Below are positions 34,587 through 45,155 of a stretch of DNA of 64,000 bases, one piece after another. The notes beneath the pieces are model-generated. The model saw nothing but the letters and a program-made list of their open reading frames with translations, was not told where the DNA came from and ran no database searches. The number at the start of each line of letters is the position of its first letter. The stretch's first letter is position 1. The DNA is from Longimicrobiales bacterium (GTDB lineage: Bacteria; Gemmatimonadota; Gemmatimonadetes; Longimicrobiales; Gaopeijiaceae), in NCBI GenBank assembly GCA_965238005.1, contig OZ250165.1:128001-192000 (forward strand), read 5' to 3'. A program made the position numbers and the translations under genes.

Positions 34587-35977
34587 GAGCAGCAGCAGCT
34601 CGCGCGCGGGCCCATGGGTGGAACCGTCGGCGCGACAATCCGCCTCGGCGTCGGCCGGCGCGCGGGAGGTGGAGAGCCCGCAGGCGGAGCGCCTCTCGCC
34701 AACTCCTCCTGAAGGGTCTCGCGGCGTACCCCCGTGCGATCGGAGACCTTCGAAACGTAGATGTCCCGGAGAGCCGGATCCTGAACCGCCCGCAAGGTCG
34801 GCAGGAGGCGGTCGATGGCGTTCCGGATCCGCTCGATTCCCGAGAAGTGGTCCCGCTCCTCCAGGATCTGGAGCTTGCGGTCGAGGACGTCGACGGCTTG
34901 GTCGAGGCGCCCCTGCAGCCCCTCAGCTCCCTCCTTGTGAACCACCGTGTCGGGGTCCTCCCCCGGAGGAAGCGTGACGACGGAGGGATGGAGTCCTGCG
35001 GCCAACAGCACGTCCCCGGCCCTGAAGGTGGCCTTGAGACCCGCGGAGTCGCTGTCGAAGAGGAGGTGGACCCGCGTGGTGTAGCGGCGAAGCAGCGCCA
35101 CCTGCTCGGGAGTCAGAGCGGTGCCGAGTGGCGCCACGGCATTCTCGAATCCGGCGGCGGCCAGCGACACGGCGTCCATGTAGCCCTCCACCAGCAGAGC
35201 CGCTTCTTCGCGGCGGATGGCGTTCTTCGCCCAGCTCAGCCCGTAGAGCACGTCGCCCTTGTGGTATATGGGCGATTCCGGGGAGTTCACGTACTTGGGC
35301 GCCCCCTCCCTGCCGGAGTCGAGGACGCGGCCCCCGAAGCCCAGGACCTTGCCGCCCACGTTCTCGATGGAGAAGGTGATCCTGCCCCTGAAGCGGTCGT
35401 AGGGCTCCTGGCTCTTCTCGCTCTGGGTCAGGAGACCCACCTCGAGGAGCGTCTCGTCGCCGATCCCGTGATGGGCCGCGGCCTCGCGTAGCCATCGCCA
35501 TTCGTCCGGGGCGAATCCCAGGGAGAAGCGCTCGGCGGTGTCCCGGTCGATACCTCGCTGCCCCAGATAGGCTCGAGCCTCCCGTCCCAGCTTCTCATCC
35601 CACAGCGAGTCGTGGAAGAACATCCGGGCAAAGGCATTCGCATCGTAGAGATGGCGGAACGGATCTTCTTCTTGATGGCCTCTCTTCACCTCACGGATCT
35701 CCACACCCGCCCGCTGGGCCGCATGCTTCACGGCGTCCACGAAGTCCAGGCCCAGGCGCTTCATCAGGAACGAAAAGACGTCCCCCGACTCGTCGCATCC
35801 GAAGCACTTGTAGAACCCCTTGGCCGGGACGACGTAGAAGCTGGGGGTCTTCTCTTCGTGGAACGGGCAACAGGCCTTGTAGTCCTTGCCGGACCTCTTC
35901 AGGGGAACGATCTCGCCGATGATCTCGACGATGTCCGCCCTGGCCCGGACTTCCTCGACCTGGTCGTCGGGGATCAC
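34583..35977 (-). CDS. dnaG: DNA primase (Zn finger + Toprim), cut short by a frameshift near 34605
   Basis: CPFHEEKTPSF, CFGC, DRFRGR, KYVNSPES, VEGYMD, LGTALT, FDSDSAG. Confidence 0.95.
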   Translation of the reverse strand: MIPDDQVEEVRARADIVEIIGEIVPLKRSGKDYKACCPFHEEKTPSFYVVPAKGFYKCFGCDESGDVFSFLMKRLGLDFVDAVKHAAQRAGVEIREVKRGHQEEDPFRHLYDANAFARMFFHDSLWDEKLGREARAYLGQRGIDRDTAERFSLGFAPDEWRWLREAAAHHGIGDETLLEVGLLTQSEKSQEPYDRFRGRITFSIENVGGKVLGFGGRVLDSGREGAPKYVNSPESPIYHKGDVLYGLSWAKNAIRREEAALLVEGYMDAVSLAAAGFENAVAPLGTALTPEQVALLRRYTTRVHLLFDSDSAGLKATFRAGDVLLAAGLHPSVVTLPPGEDPDTVVHKEGAEGLQGRLDQAVDVLDRKLQILEERDHFSGIERIRNAIDRLLPTLRAVQDPALRDIYVSKVSDRTGVRRETLQEELARGAPPAGSPPPARRPTPRRIVAPTVPPMGPRASCCCS

Positions 35978-38331
35978 TTGAAGCTCACCACAGTGACGCC
36001 GGCTCCGCCTTCAGTACGCCCACCAAGGCGGAAGTCCGAGACCCGACCGTCACTCTCCAGAATCTCCGTCACACGAGACCGCACCGCTCCCGTCCCCTTG
36101 CCGTGTATGATTCTGAGCTCCGGAAGGTCGTTCAGGATGGCTTCGTCCATGGCCTGGAAGAGCTCTTGCTCCACCTCGTCGACCCGGAAGCCACGGAGAT
36201 CCACCTCCGTCCGGACGGGACCCGCAGGAGCGTTCAAGGACACCGACGCCAAACGCCGGTCGCGCTGAGTCTCCGAGCTCCCCAGGAGCTCGAGGTTGGA
36301 CAGGGGCACCTTCATCCGGATGCCGGACGCGTCGATGACGGCGCGGTCGTCCCTGACCTCCACCACCACCCCCTTGGGGCCTCCGTCGAGCACCCTCACC
36401 CTGTCTCCCGACGTCACAGCGAAGGGGCCGGACGAGCCCAGCTCGCCGGGCCGCAACTCGCGCTGACGCCGCGCGGCGTTCTCGACCTTGCGGCGGGCCT
36501 TCCGCGCCACCTCCTGGAGGTCCTCAGTGGCCCTGGCCTCCTTGACCTCGCGGATGGCGTCCTCCACCTCCACCCGCGCCTCCATGAGCAGCTGCCGGGC
36601 CTCGCCCCGGGCCTTCCGCTCCGCCTCGCGCTCCTCTTTACGAAGATCGGACTCACGGGCTTCGAGCTCGGCTCGGAGGCGCTCCGCCACGCTCTGCTCT
36701 CGCTCCAGCGAAGCGACCAGCTCCCGGGCCTCCTTGTCCTTTCGCTCCAAACGCTCGAGAAGGTCCTCGATGGACGACTCACCGCCCGACATGTTCTCGT
36801 CGGCCCGATCCAGGAGGGAAGGCGGAAGGCCCAGCCGGCGGGCGATGGCGAGGCCATAGCTGCGGCCCGGCCGGCCCTTCACCAGCTCATAAGTGGGCTC
36901 CATGCGATCCGGATCGAACTGCAGCGACGCGTTGACGATCCCGCTCCCCTCGGTGTCGAGTCGCTTGAGGGCTCCCAGATGAGAGGTGACGATGGCCATG
37001 GCACCACGCTGCACCAGATGCCCGAGCAGCGCTATGGAGAGGGCAGCGCCTTCGGTGGGATCCGTCCCCGTCCCCATCTCGTCCAACAGCACGAGAGAAC
37101 CCCGGTCCGCCTGCTCCGCCACCTCCTTCCAGTTCGCCAGGTGGGCCGAGAACGTCGACAAGCTCTCCGCGATGGACTGCTCGTCTCCGATGTCGGCGAA
37201 GAAAGAGTGGAAGATCGGCAGGCGAGTGCCTTCGTCCACGGGCGGGATGACGCCGCTCTGTGCCAGGGCCGCGATGAGACCTACCGCCTTCAGGAAGACA
37301 CTCTTGCCACCGGTGTTGGGCCCGGAGACCACGAGCACGTGCTCTCCCGGATCGAGCGTAAGGTGGAACGGCACGACCTCGCCGTCGGAGGTGGAGAGGA
37401 GTAGGGGATGCCTTCCTCGGACCAGCACCAACCGCTGGCCGTCCTCCGTGAACGCCGGCGGAACCGCCCCCCATTGCTGGGCGGCTCGGGCCCTCGAGTA
37501 CAAGGAGTCGAACTCCACGAGCGCGTCGAGGCTGCCGGTGAGGGCGTCCCGGCTCGGACGGAGAAGCTGGGTGACTTCCGTGAGAACCCGATGGACCTCA
37601 CGGGCCTCCTCCCGCTCGAGGCCCCTCAGCTCGTTGGTGAGGGCCAGAGCCACGGGTGGCTCGACGAACAGGGTAGCGCCCGTGTGTGACTCGTCGTGGA
37701 CGATCCCGCCCACTTCCTTCTTCCCCTCCCGGCGGATAGGGATTACGTACCGACCCTCCCGGACGCCGATGGACGCGTCGGCGACCGTGTACCGCTCGGG
37801 CAGATCGCGGACGAAGGCTTCTAGCTTCCGGACGATCTTCGAGTGGGCGCTCCGAAGCCGGCTGCGGATCTTCTTCAGCTCGGAGCTGGCGGTATCCAAC
37901 ACCTCGCCGGAAGCGTCGACGGTCTTTTCGACGCGGGCGACCGTCGGCGGGTCGGTATGGAGCCGATCTCCCAGGAAACCGAGCTCTGGAAAGGCTTCCC
38001 GGTGGGCGGCCAACGGAAGAGCGAGCTCCCCGGACGACGCCAGTAGTACTCCCAGCCCGTGAAGCTCCAGGCCTTCGAGCACGGCCCCATCCACCCCCAA
38101 GCGCGCGAGGGCTTCGGCACAAGCGGGCATCGTGGGCGGTGCCCACGGAGAAAGGGATTCGATGAACGCTCCGGTCTCAGCGACACGGCCGAGCTCGAGT
38201 TCCAGCCACTCCCGATCCGTGCGCGGCCGCAGCGAGAGGACCGCCTCTTTTCCGGCTTCGGAGGACGCGTAGCCCGCCACCAGCTCCAGAGCCTGCGGAA
38301 AGTCCAGAACGGAGAGGGCATGCTCGCTCAT
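35974..38331 (-). CDS. mutS2: Endonuclease MutS2
   Basis: GPNTGGKS, DIGDEQSI..SLSTFS, DEMGTGTDP.EG; C-terminal Smr domain DLRG...IIHGKGTG. Confidence 0.95.
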   Translation of the reverse strand: MSEHALSVLDFPQALELVAGYASSEAGKEAVLSLRPRTDREWLELELGRVAETGAFIESLSPWAPPTMPACAEALARLGVDGAVLEGLELHGLGVLLASSGELALPLAAHREAFPELGFLGDRLHTDPPTVARVEKTVDASGEVLDTASSELKKIRSRLRSAHSKIVRKLEAFVRDLPERYTVADASIGVREGRYVIPIRREGKKEVGGIVHDESHTGATLFVEPPVALALTNELRGLEREEAREVHRVLTEVTQLLRPSRDALTGSLDALVEFDSLYSRARAAQQWGAVPPAFTEDGQRLVLVRGRHPLLLSTSDGEVVPFHLTLDPGEHVLVVSGPNTGGKSVFLKAVGLIAALAQSGVIPPVDEGTRLPIFHSFFADIGDEQSIAESLSTFSAHLANWKEVAEQADRGSLVLLDEMGTGTDPTEGAALSIALLGHLVQRGAMAIVTSHLGALKRLDTEGSGIVNASLQFDPDRMEPTYELVKGRPGRSYGLAIARRLGLPPSLLDRADENMSGGESSIEDLLERLERKDKEARELVASLEREQSVAERLRAELEARESDLRKEEREAERKARGEARQLLMEARVEVEDAIREVKEARATEDLQEVARKARRKVENAARRQRELRPGELGSSGPFAVTSGDRVRVLDGGPKGVVVEVRDDRAVIDASGIRMKVPLSNLELLGSSETQRDRRLASVSLNAPAGPVRTEVDLRGFRVDEVEQELFQAMDEAILNDLPELRIIHGKGTGAVRSRVTEILESDGRVSDFRLGGRTEGGAGVTVVSFK

Positions 38332-38377
38332 CCCGTCTGACCCCATGTTGTCGGCCCCCGGGGGAGCGGCCTGCCTC

Positions 38378-38815
38378 TCACCCCAGCTCCTCCCGAACGA
38401 TGCGGTTGGCCTCCTTGCCGTTGAAGCGTGCCCGGATCCGAGGCATGATCTGCCCCATGAGGGCACCCATCTGGTCGGCTCCTCCGGCGATGGCACTCTG
38501 CACCATCGCTCGCACCTCCGCCTCGGTGAGTGGTGGTGGGAGATAGACCTGAAGAATCTCGGCCTCGGCGTCTTCCTTGTCGGCCAGCTCGGGACGACCG
38601 CCGGCTCTCATCTGCTCGGAAGAGTCATGGCGCTGCTTGATGGCCCTGGTGACGACGGCCTGAACACCCTCGTCGTTCAGCTCACCCTGCTCCTCGATCT
38701 CGCGGTTCCTGACCTCCGACAAGAGCGTCGTAAGCACCACGGTTCGGAGCCGATCCCGAGCCTTTCGGGCTTCGATTAGGTCACTCTGGACATGTTGTTT
38801 GAGATCCGTCGACAT
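38378..38815 (-). CDS. GatB/YqeY domain protein
   Basis: ARKARD..R, IKQRHDS..Q...GGRPELA.KE..E, YLPP.L, MGALMG. Confidence 0.9.
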   Translation of the reverse strand: MSTDLKQHVQSDLIEARKARDRLRTVVLTTLLSEVRNREIEEQGELNDEGVQAVVTRAIKQRHDSSEQMRAGGRPELADKEDAEAEILQVYLPPPLTEAEVRAMVQSAIAGGADQMGALMGQIMPRIRARFNGKEANRIVREELG

Positions 38816-38822
38816 GGGGCTG

Positions 38823-38851
38823 AAGCTACCCGAACCTCCAAAGGGGGTCAA
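38823..38851 (-). promoter_or_regulatory. Putative sigma70 promoter, probably leaderless yqeY mRNA
   Basis: TTGACC-17 nt-TAGCTT ending 7 nt before the ATG. Confidence 0.6.
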
Positions 38852-38958
38852 CGCGATCCCCATCCGGGAAACTCGTGTCCCTTCTAGCTATTCGGCTGCC
38901 CCGAAGCCTATGCTAATGATTTGATGTCGGCCGGATCCATCGCACGACGGGAGGCCCC

Positions 38959-39369
38959 GTGAAGACCACTTCAGAGCACGCCCAGGAGATTCTCTGGCGC
39001 TCCTCATCTCCGGCGCTGCCCCTGGCCAGCCTGGTCGAAGCCCTGAAGCGGGAAACCGTCACGACGACGGGTGGCACGGAATCCGTGCTCCGCGAGCTCA
39101 GGACCCGCCCGGACCTCTTTCGGGTGCTGGACCCGCGCGTCGGGCCCTGGCGCAGCCGTGGGGCGATGTATGCGGAAGTCCGGGCGTGGACCCCCGACCT
39201 CTCGGTCCTCGGCCTCCGCCCGCGCCCCAGACCCTCCTCTCCGGTCCGGGCTCGACTGGCCGAGACCCTGCGCTCACTGGGACGCCGCGTGGATCAGGGC
39301 TCGGCTACGGCTACGGCCCGTTGGCTGCTCCTCATGGAGAGGGAGTCCACCGCCTTCACCGACTCCTAG
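38959..39369 (+). CDS. Hypothetical protein
   Basis: GTG start after GGGAGG RBS; fills the gap between yqeY and prmA; overlaps the prmA 3' end by 14 nt. Confidence 0.6.
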   Translation: MKTTSEHAQEILWRSSSPALPLASLVEALKRETVTTTGGTESVLRELRTRPDLFRVLDPRVGPWRSRGAMYAEVRAWTPDLSVLGLRPRPRPSSPVRARLAETLRSLGRRVDQGSATATARWLLLMERESTAFTDS

Positions 39370-40294
39370 AGGCCTGTAAGGCCCGAGACCCGAACGCCAG
39401 TGTGAACAAGCCGGATCGCCACTCACCGTCGGTGTCGATCGCCTCCAGCGAGAAGCCGGCCTCGGCCACCGAGCCGGCCAGCGAAGACCACTCCTCGGCC
39501 AGAATGCCGCTCAGTATCATCCACCCGCCCTCCTCGAGAGCCTTTGCGAAGCTCCCCAGGAGGGGCACCAGCACTCCCATCTGGATGTTGGCCAGAATCC
39601 CACCGAAGGATCCTTGTTCGACGATCCAGTCGGGGCTCACGGCAGCGGTCTCGACGGCGACCCGGTCCGAGACCTCGTTTCTGGCGACGTTCTCCCGGGC
39701 TGCGCCTGTGGCGTCCGCATCCGAGTCCACTGCCAGCACGCGGGCCACGCCCAGCCGAGCCGCCGCGATGGCCAGTATCGCCGATCCGCATCCGGCGTCC
39801 AGGAGAGTTTCGCCGGGAGAGCGCGCGCGATCCAGCAGCCTCAGGGCGCCTCGGGTCGTTCCGTGCTCGGCGGTGCCGAAGGCCATCCCAGGGTCGATGA
39901 CCACCACCACGGCGTGCTCTCCAGCCATCTCGTCCGCCTCGCCCTCGCACCAGCTCGGGGTCACGATGAGCCGATCCGTGAGCTTCCGGGGCCCGAGGCC
40001 CTGCCTCCAGAGAGACGCCCAGTCCTCGTGCGCCTGCCAGGACCAGCTCAACTGCAGGTTCTCGAGGCCTGTGGCCTCTTCGAGCGTTGTCAGCACGCGA
40101 AGGAAAAAGTCCTCCGGCTCGTCCGGAGGTGGAAGATGGGTGACGAACTCTCCGTTCCGCTCCTCCACCGCCCGTCCACCCAGGGACAGCATCGGGTCGA
40201 CCAGGAGGTCGGAAGCCAGGGGAGAGTCGGAGCGGACGGACAAGACGAACCAGCGCTCCGGAACGGAGCCGGAGGAGTCCGGCGGGTCGCTCAC
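39356..40294 (-). CDS. prmA: Ribosomal protein L11 methyltransferase
   Basis: [41 protein letters not shown] overlaps the dnaJ stop. Confidence 0.93.
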   Translation of the reverse strand: MSDPPDSSGSVPERWFVLSVRSDSPLASDLLVDPMLSLGGRAVEERNGEFVTHLPPPDEPEDFFLRVLTTLEEATGLENLQLSWSWQAHEDWASLWRQGLGPRKLTDRLIVTPSWCEGEADEMAGEHAVVVVIDPGMAFGTAEHGTTRGALRLLDRARSPGETLLDAGCGSAILAIAAARLGVARVLAVDSDADATGAARENVARNEVSDRVAVETAAVSPDWIVEQGSFGGILANIQMGVLVPLLGSFAKALEEGGWMILSGILAEEWSSLAGSVAEAGFSLEAIDTDGEWRSGLFTLAFGSRALQASRSR

Positions 40295-41451
40295 GGCTGT
40301 GTGAACGCCTCCTTCACGCGGGACCACAGGCTCCTTGGGGACTCTCCCTCGATCTGCTCGGGAGCGGGATCCTCCACGTCATGGAGTGCCTGGAGCACCT
40401 CTTCCTGCTCCACAGTCAGACGGTCCGGCGTCCACACCACTATGCGTACGAGCTGGTCCCCCCTGCCCCGGCCGTTGAGCTCGGGGAGCCCACGTCCGCG
40501 AAGCCGCAGCACCTCCCCACTCTGGATTCCGGGCGGAATCGTGAGCCGCACAGTGCCCTCCACCGTGGGGACCTCCATCTCGGCCCCCAGGGCCGCCTGT
40601 GAAAAGGTGACCGGCAGCTCGTAGCGGAGATGGGGACCGTCCCTGACGAAGGGGGTGTCCTCCTCCACCTCGAGGAGGACGATGATGTCTCCCTGGAGGC
40701 CGCCCCTGGGCCCCACATTGCCCTCGCTCCGGAGGGTGAGGAAATTTTCGGACGTCACGCCGGCCGGGATCTCCACCTCGATCTCCCGTTGGGTGCGAGC
40801 CCGTCCGTCGCCGTTGCACTTGGCACACGGCTTTTCGATCACGCGACCCTCGCCACCGCACGTCCGGCACGGCGCCACGCTGACGAACTGCCCGAATACG
40901 GAGCGCTGGACGTGCCGCTCCTCACCCGATCCAGCGCACGTCGAGCAGGTCACCGGCCCCGACCCCGCGGCCGCCCCGCTTCCACCGCAACGATCACAGG
41001 CGCCCAGCACCGCCACGCCGAGGGTCTTGGTGACTCCCGTTGCAACCTCGAGCAATGTCAGCGGAACCTTCACCTTGATCGTCTGGCCCTTGCGAGACGC
41101 CCGCGACGGGCCCCGCTGCCGCCCACCGAAGAGGTCTTCCAACCCGCCGAAGCCACCGAAGTCCCGCATGAAGATCTCGACGGCATCGGCGAAGTCGAAA
41201 TTGCCGAAGCCCCCGGCCCCGCCGACACCTCGCTTCAGGCCCTGCTCCCCGTAGCGGTCGTAGACGGAGCGCTTCTCCGAGTCACGGAGAACCTCGTATG
41301 CCTCCGTCACTTCCTTGAAGCGCTCCTCCGTATCTTTGGAGCCCTGGTTCCGATCCGGATGATACTTGAGGGCGAGCTTGCGATACGCCCTCTTGATGTC
41401 ATCGGTGCTGGCGTTCCGGGGAACGTCCAGCAGGTCGTAGTAGTCGGCCAT
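40291..41451 (-). CDS. dnaJ: Chaperone DnaJ
   Basis: DYYDLL, HPD motif, G/F region, four CxxCxGxG repeats; ATG after GAGGT. Confidence 0.97.
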   Translation of the reverse strand: MADYYDLLDVPRNASTDDIKRAYRKLALKYHPDRNQGSKDTEERFKEVTEAYEVLRDSEKRSVYDRYGEQGLKRGVGGAGGFGNFDFADAVEIFMRDFGGFGGLEDLFGGRQRGPSRASRKGQTIKVKVPLTLLEVATGVTKTLGVAVLGACDRCGGSGAAAGSGPVTCSTCAGSGEERHVQRSVFGQFVSVAPCRTCGGEGRVIEKPCAKCNGDGRARTQREIEVEIPAGVTSENFLTLRSEGNVGPRGGLQGDIIVLLEVEEDTPFVRDGPHLRYELPVTFSQAALGAEMEVPTVEGTVRLTIPPGIQSGEVLRLRGRGLPELNGRGRGDQLVRIVVWTPDRLTVEQEEVLQALHDVEDPAPEQIEGESPRSLWSRVKEAFTQP

Positions 41452-41470
41452 TACCTCGTGCAGGCTCCGC

Positions 41471-41656
41471 CTAGTGTTCCGTTTCCGAAGTTCGCGAGTC
41501 ACCAAAAGGGTCAGGGCGCCGTGGGATCGAGGCGGGAGGACGCGGCGTAGCGCAAGCGGGCACCGCGCGAAGCGTGGTCGCAAGGAGTCCCAGCACCGAG
41601 CCCACGGATGCACCGTGCCCTCGACTGGCCGAGACACTTTGGTGACGGGACACTAG
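41471..41656. mobile_element. 186-bp MITE-like repeat, copy 2
   Basis: Same length and TIRs as copy 1, about 14 substitutions by manual alignment; right end includes the hrcA TAG stop. Confidence 0.85.
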
Positions 41657-42726
41657 ATGCCGAGGACGCTGTTGACCAGCGTCGATGTGTAGTCAACGAT
41701 GGCGATCACCTTCTCGTACGGCATGCGCGTGGGTCCGATGACCCCGATGACGCCCTTGAGGTCGCCGACACGGTATTCCGCGGTCACGAGGGTGAAGTCC
41801 CAGAGGGCCTCGGCATCGTTCTCGCCGCCGATCGTGATCTTGAGCCCGCCTTGGTGCTCCCGGCTGCCGAGGACCTGCGCAAGCAGATCTCGCTGCTCGG
41901 TGAGCTCGATGAGCCCCTTCAGTCGCTCACCGCTCGTGAACTCGGGCTGAGCCGCCAGTACACTCGTCTGACCCAGGTGCACTTCAGCCTGCGTCAAAGG
42001 CAACCAGTCGAAGAGCTCCGAGCTCGACTGCATGAAGATGTTAAGCAGCTCATCGGTGCCGGCCTGGTCGTCCGGCGAGGAGTCCCTGAGCCGCTCCGGC
42101 AACGTCTCACGAATGGCCTGTAAGGTCAGGCCGCCCAGCCGCTCGTTCAGGACCTGGGTCACGCTCGTCAGAATATCCGGCTTCACCTCGCCGGGCAGGT
42201 CGACGTACACGGTGCGCACCAACCCACTCCGGATCGTCATGACCATGAGGATCTTCGCGCTCGACACCTGAATGAGCTCCAGGTGCTCGAGGGTGGCCTC
42301 TCCGAAGCTGGGCTCCACCGCCACGCCCAATTCCTTCGACAGGAGGCTCAAGGCCCGGATCGAGCGCTGAACCAGCCTCTCCACAGCGGAAGATCCCGAG
42401 GCATCGATCTCCTCGACCAGGCGATCGCGCTCGGCATGGGTCAACGGCATCGGCCGCATGATGCGATCCACAAAGAAGCGATACGCGTGATCGGTGGGAA
42501 TGCGACCCGCCGACGTGTGCGGGTGGAAGAGATACCCCTTGGACTCGAGGTCGCTCATCGTATTCCGCACGGTGGCCGGCGACACCCCGAGCTCGAACCT
42601 CTTCGCTACCGTGCGGCTACCTGCCGGCTCGGCGAAGTCCACGTACGTGCGAACCACCGCCTCGAGCACCTGGCGCTCGCGGTCGGAAAGCTCCTGGCCG
42701 ACGGGATCCGTTCTCCTGAGGGTCAT
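41653..42726 (-). CDS. hrcA: Heat-inducible transcription repressor
   Basis: SPATVRNTMSDLE..GYL.HPHTSAGRIPTD..YRFFVD; GVIGPTRMPY. Confidence 0.96.
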   Translation of the reverse strand: MTLRRTDPVGQELSDRERQVLEAVVRTYVDFAEPAGSRTVAKRFELGVSPATVRNTMSDLESKGYLFHPHTSAGRIPTDHAYRFFVDRIMRPMPLTHAERDRLVEEIDASGSSAVERLVQRSIRALSLLSKELGVAVEPSFGEATLEHLELIQVSSAKILMVMTIRSGLVRTVYVDLPGEVKPDILTSVTQVLNERLGGLTLQAIRETLPERLRDSSPDDQAGTDELLNIFMQSSSELFDWLPLTQAEVHLGQTSVLAAQPEFTSGERLKGLIELTEQRDLLAQVLGSREHQGGLKITIGGENDAEALWDFTLVTAEYRVGDLKGVIGVIGPTRMPYEKVIAIVDYTSTLVNSVLGI

Positions 42727-42789
42727 CTACCAGCTCACTCTTGGCATTTAGACATCGCGTTAGAAGATCGAATTCCGTTCGTTACCTCG

Positions 42790-43980
42790 TCAACGGCCTG
42801 CTACGTCATCGTCGAGCTCGACGGTGAGGCGATCCATGACCAGCCATCCGTGAGGAGTCAGGCGGGCGGCCCCCCGCTCCGCCTCCGCCAGACCACCATC
42901 GATCCAACGCTTTACTCTTTCCCGGGCGGCGGGTGGGAGATCGGCCGTCGCCACCCCCCGGCGGGTGCGCAGCCCCAGCCAGATGCGCTCGAGCCGGACC
43001 TTGTCGGCATCGAGCTCTTCGTGATCGGCTACCGGAGGGGTCGCTCCCATCGCCTTAACCCGATAGGCGTCCCAGTCCCGGAGGTTCCATCGGCGCACCG
43101 GGTGCCGGTAGCTGTGAGCTCCGTTTCCAAGCCCCAGATAGGACTCTCCGGACCAGTACACCATGTTGTGGCGTGAGGCCCGACCCGTGCGGGCGAAGTT
43201 CGACACTTCGTAGGCCTCGTAACCGGCGTCCGTCAGACGCTCCACGGCCGTGAGATACTCCCACTCGTAGCGCTCCTCGGAGGCAACCGTCTCGCGCCCT
43301 TCGGCGACGGAGCGCCCCAGGGGCGTGCCCGATTCGACGCTGAGCCCGTACAGGCTCACATGATCGGCGTCCAGCGAGAGAACTTGATGCAGATCCTCCT
43401 CCAGGTCCCGCCCCAGGTGTTCGGGCAGCCCGAAGATCAGATCCACGCTGACGTTGTCGAACCCCGCAGCCCGTGCGGTGCGGACCGCCTCCCGTGCGCC
43501 AGCGGCGCCGTGGAGCCGCCCCATCCATCGCAGAGAGGCTTCTTGGAAGCTCTGGACCCCGAGGCTCACGCGATTCACCCCAGCCCTCTTCCAGCCTTCG
43601 GCCACTTCTCTCGTGAAGCTCTCGGGGTTCGCCTCGCTCGTCCATTCCAGATGGGCGGAGCCCAGGCGGGCCGGGCTCACCAGCCTTCGGATCCCCTCCA
43701 TCGCTGCGGGACCCAAAAGGGACGGCGTCCCGCCGCCTATGTAGAGGGTGTCCAGAGAAGCGTCGAGCACGAAGGCTCCTTCCTCTTCCAACGAGCGGAG
43801 CTCCCCGCCGATCGCGGCGAGCCACTCCTCCGGGTCGCCCTGGGGCGTCACCTTGACCGCGAAGTCACAGTAGAAGCAACGGCGCGAGCAAAAAGGGGCG
43901 TGGATGTAAAGCGAGCGGATTCGGTCGCCTTCGGCCGCCGGCTCGTCGAGCCGCACCGGGCGGGGCGGGGCGGTGGTCAT
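42790..43980 (-). CDS. hemW: Radical SAM heme chaperone HemW (HemN-like)
   Basis: YIHAPFCSRRCFYCDF, GGGTPS, YEVSNF, HNMVYW; upstream of hrcA. Confidence 0.9.
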   Translation of the reverse strand: MTTAPPRPVRLDEPAAEGDRIRSLYIHAPFCSRRCFYCDFAVKVTPQGDPEEWLAAIGGELRSLEEEGAFVLDASLDTLYIGGGTPSLLGPAAMEGIRRLVSPARLGSAHLEWTSEANPESFTREVAEGWKRAGVNRVSLGVQSFQEASLRWMGRLHGAAGAREAVRTARAAGFDNVSVDLIFGLPEHLGRDLEEDLHQVLSLDADHVSLYGLSVESGTPLGRSVAEGRETVASEERYEWEYLTAVERLTDAGYEAYEVSNFARTGRASRHNMVYWSGESYLGLGNGAHSYRHPVRRWNLRDWDAYRVKAMGATPPVADHEELDADKVRLERIWLGLRTRRGVATADLPPAARERVKRWIDGGLAEAERGAARLTPHGWLVMDRLTVELDDDVAGR

Positions 43981-45155
43981 TCAGATGCCTTGCGGAAGCG
44001 CATTCCGGCCTCCTGGGCGACCCACCCGGCCACCTCCAGCTCGGTGAGGACCGCCAGCACGCTGCCCGAGTCGAGCCGGGTGAGGTGCGCCAGCTTCTCG
44101 ATTCCGACGGGCTGCTCGTCCAACACTCCCCAGACTCGACGCGCCACGGGGGTCAGGCGCCCCGGCTCCGCGGTCCGCCCACAGGTCTCGGGCGAACCGG
44201 CCACCGGGTCCGCGTCCCGTCGACCTTCGCCACGCCCCTCGTCGCGATGACCCACACCGAGAAGGTCGAGCTCACGCGCGAAGTCCATCGCAGAAGTGAC
44301 GACGTGGGCCCCTTGCTGGAGGAGGGCGTTGCACCCCCGGCTCTGGGGGGCGTCGACGGGTCCAGGCACGGCGTACACGTCGCGACCCAGGTCGAGGGCG
44401 TGCTCCACCGTGATGAACGCTCCGCTCCGCTCGCCGGCCTCCACCACCACGACCGCCGCGCCGAGAGCCGCGAGGATGCGATTCCTCCGGGGGAAGTGAT
44501 GGCCCCGGGCGGGCTCGCCCGGAAGAAATTCCGACAGGAGGAGACCCTCCCGGGCGATTCGGTGACCCAGTGCGCGATGGGAGGACGGCTGAATCAGATC
44601 GACGCCGGAACCGAGCACGGCGATGGTGTCCCCCCCAAACTCCAAGGCACCCCGGTGAGCGGCTCCGTCGATCCCCAGCGCCAATCCGCTCACCACCACG
44701 ACGCCCCGACCGGCCATCTGCGCGGCCAGCCTCTCCGCCACCCTACGGCCATACTCGGTGGAGCGGCGGGAACCCACTACGGTCACGGCCGGGCCGGACA
44801 GGAGCCCGAGATCGCCACGGCAGAAGAGGAGCGCAGGAGGGTCGGTGAGCTGGCGCAGCCGCCCGGGGTATTCCCGGTCACGCCACGTGAGGACCCGCAT
44901 CTCGGACGCGGTGCACCGCTGCAAGGCGCGCTCGACCCGCTCATTCAGCTCCGGCGTTCTGAGGGCGGCCGCCGCGCGGAAGCCCGCCACGGCGTTCAGG
45001 TGAGAGGAGGGCGCCTCCAGCGCGGCGACGCCGGAGCCGAATCGCTCCAGGATCCGCCACAGGGTCCGGCTTCCCACCCGGGGAAGGCAGTGGAGTCGCA
45101 TGACGGCCTCGACCTCACGAGCACGCTCCGGGGACCAACTCTTCAGGGAGTCCAC
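43977..45155 (-). CDS. dprA: DNA-processing protein DprA
   Basis: VGSR..T.YG, VSGLALGIDGAAH, FPRRNRI, VEAGERSG, C-terminal winged helix; start inferred. Confidence 0.95.
   Translation of the reverse strand: MDSLKSWSPERAREVEAVMRLHCLPRVGSRTLWRILERFGSGVAALEAPSSHLNAVAGFRAAAALRTPELNERVERALQRCTASEMRVLTWRDREYPGRLRQLTDPPALLFCRGDLGLLSGPAVTVVGSRRSTEYGRRVAERLAAQMAGRGVVVVSGLALGIDGAAHRGALEFGGDTIAVLGSGVDLIQPSSHRALGHRIAREGLLLSEFLPGEPARGHHFPRRNRILAALGAAVVVVEAGERSGAFITVEHALDLGRDVYAVPGPVDAPQSRGCNALLQQGAHVVTSAMDFARELDLLGVGHRDEGRGEGRRDADPVAGSPETCGRTAEPGRLTPVARRVWGVLDEQPVGIEKLAHLTRLDSGSVLAVLTELEVAGWVAQEAGMRFRKASE

Noticed and set aside
42727..42790. CIRCE element upstream of hrcA
   Set aside because: Only a partial half-site (AAATGCCAA) with no partner at 9-nt spacing
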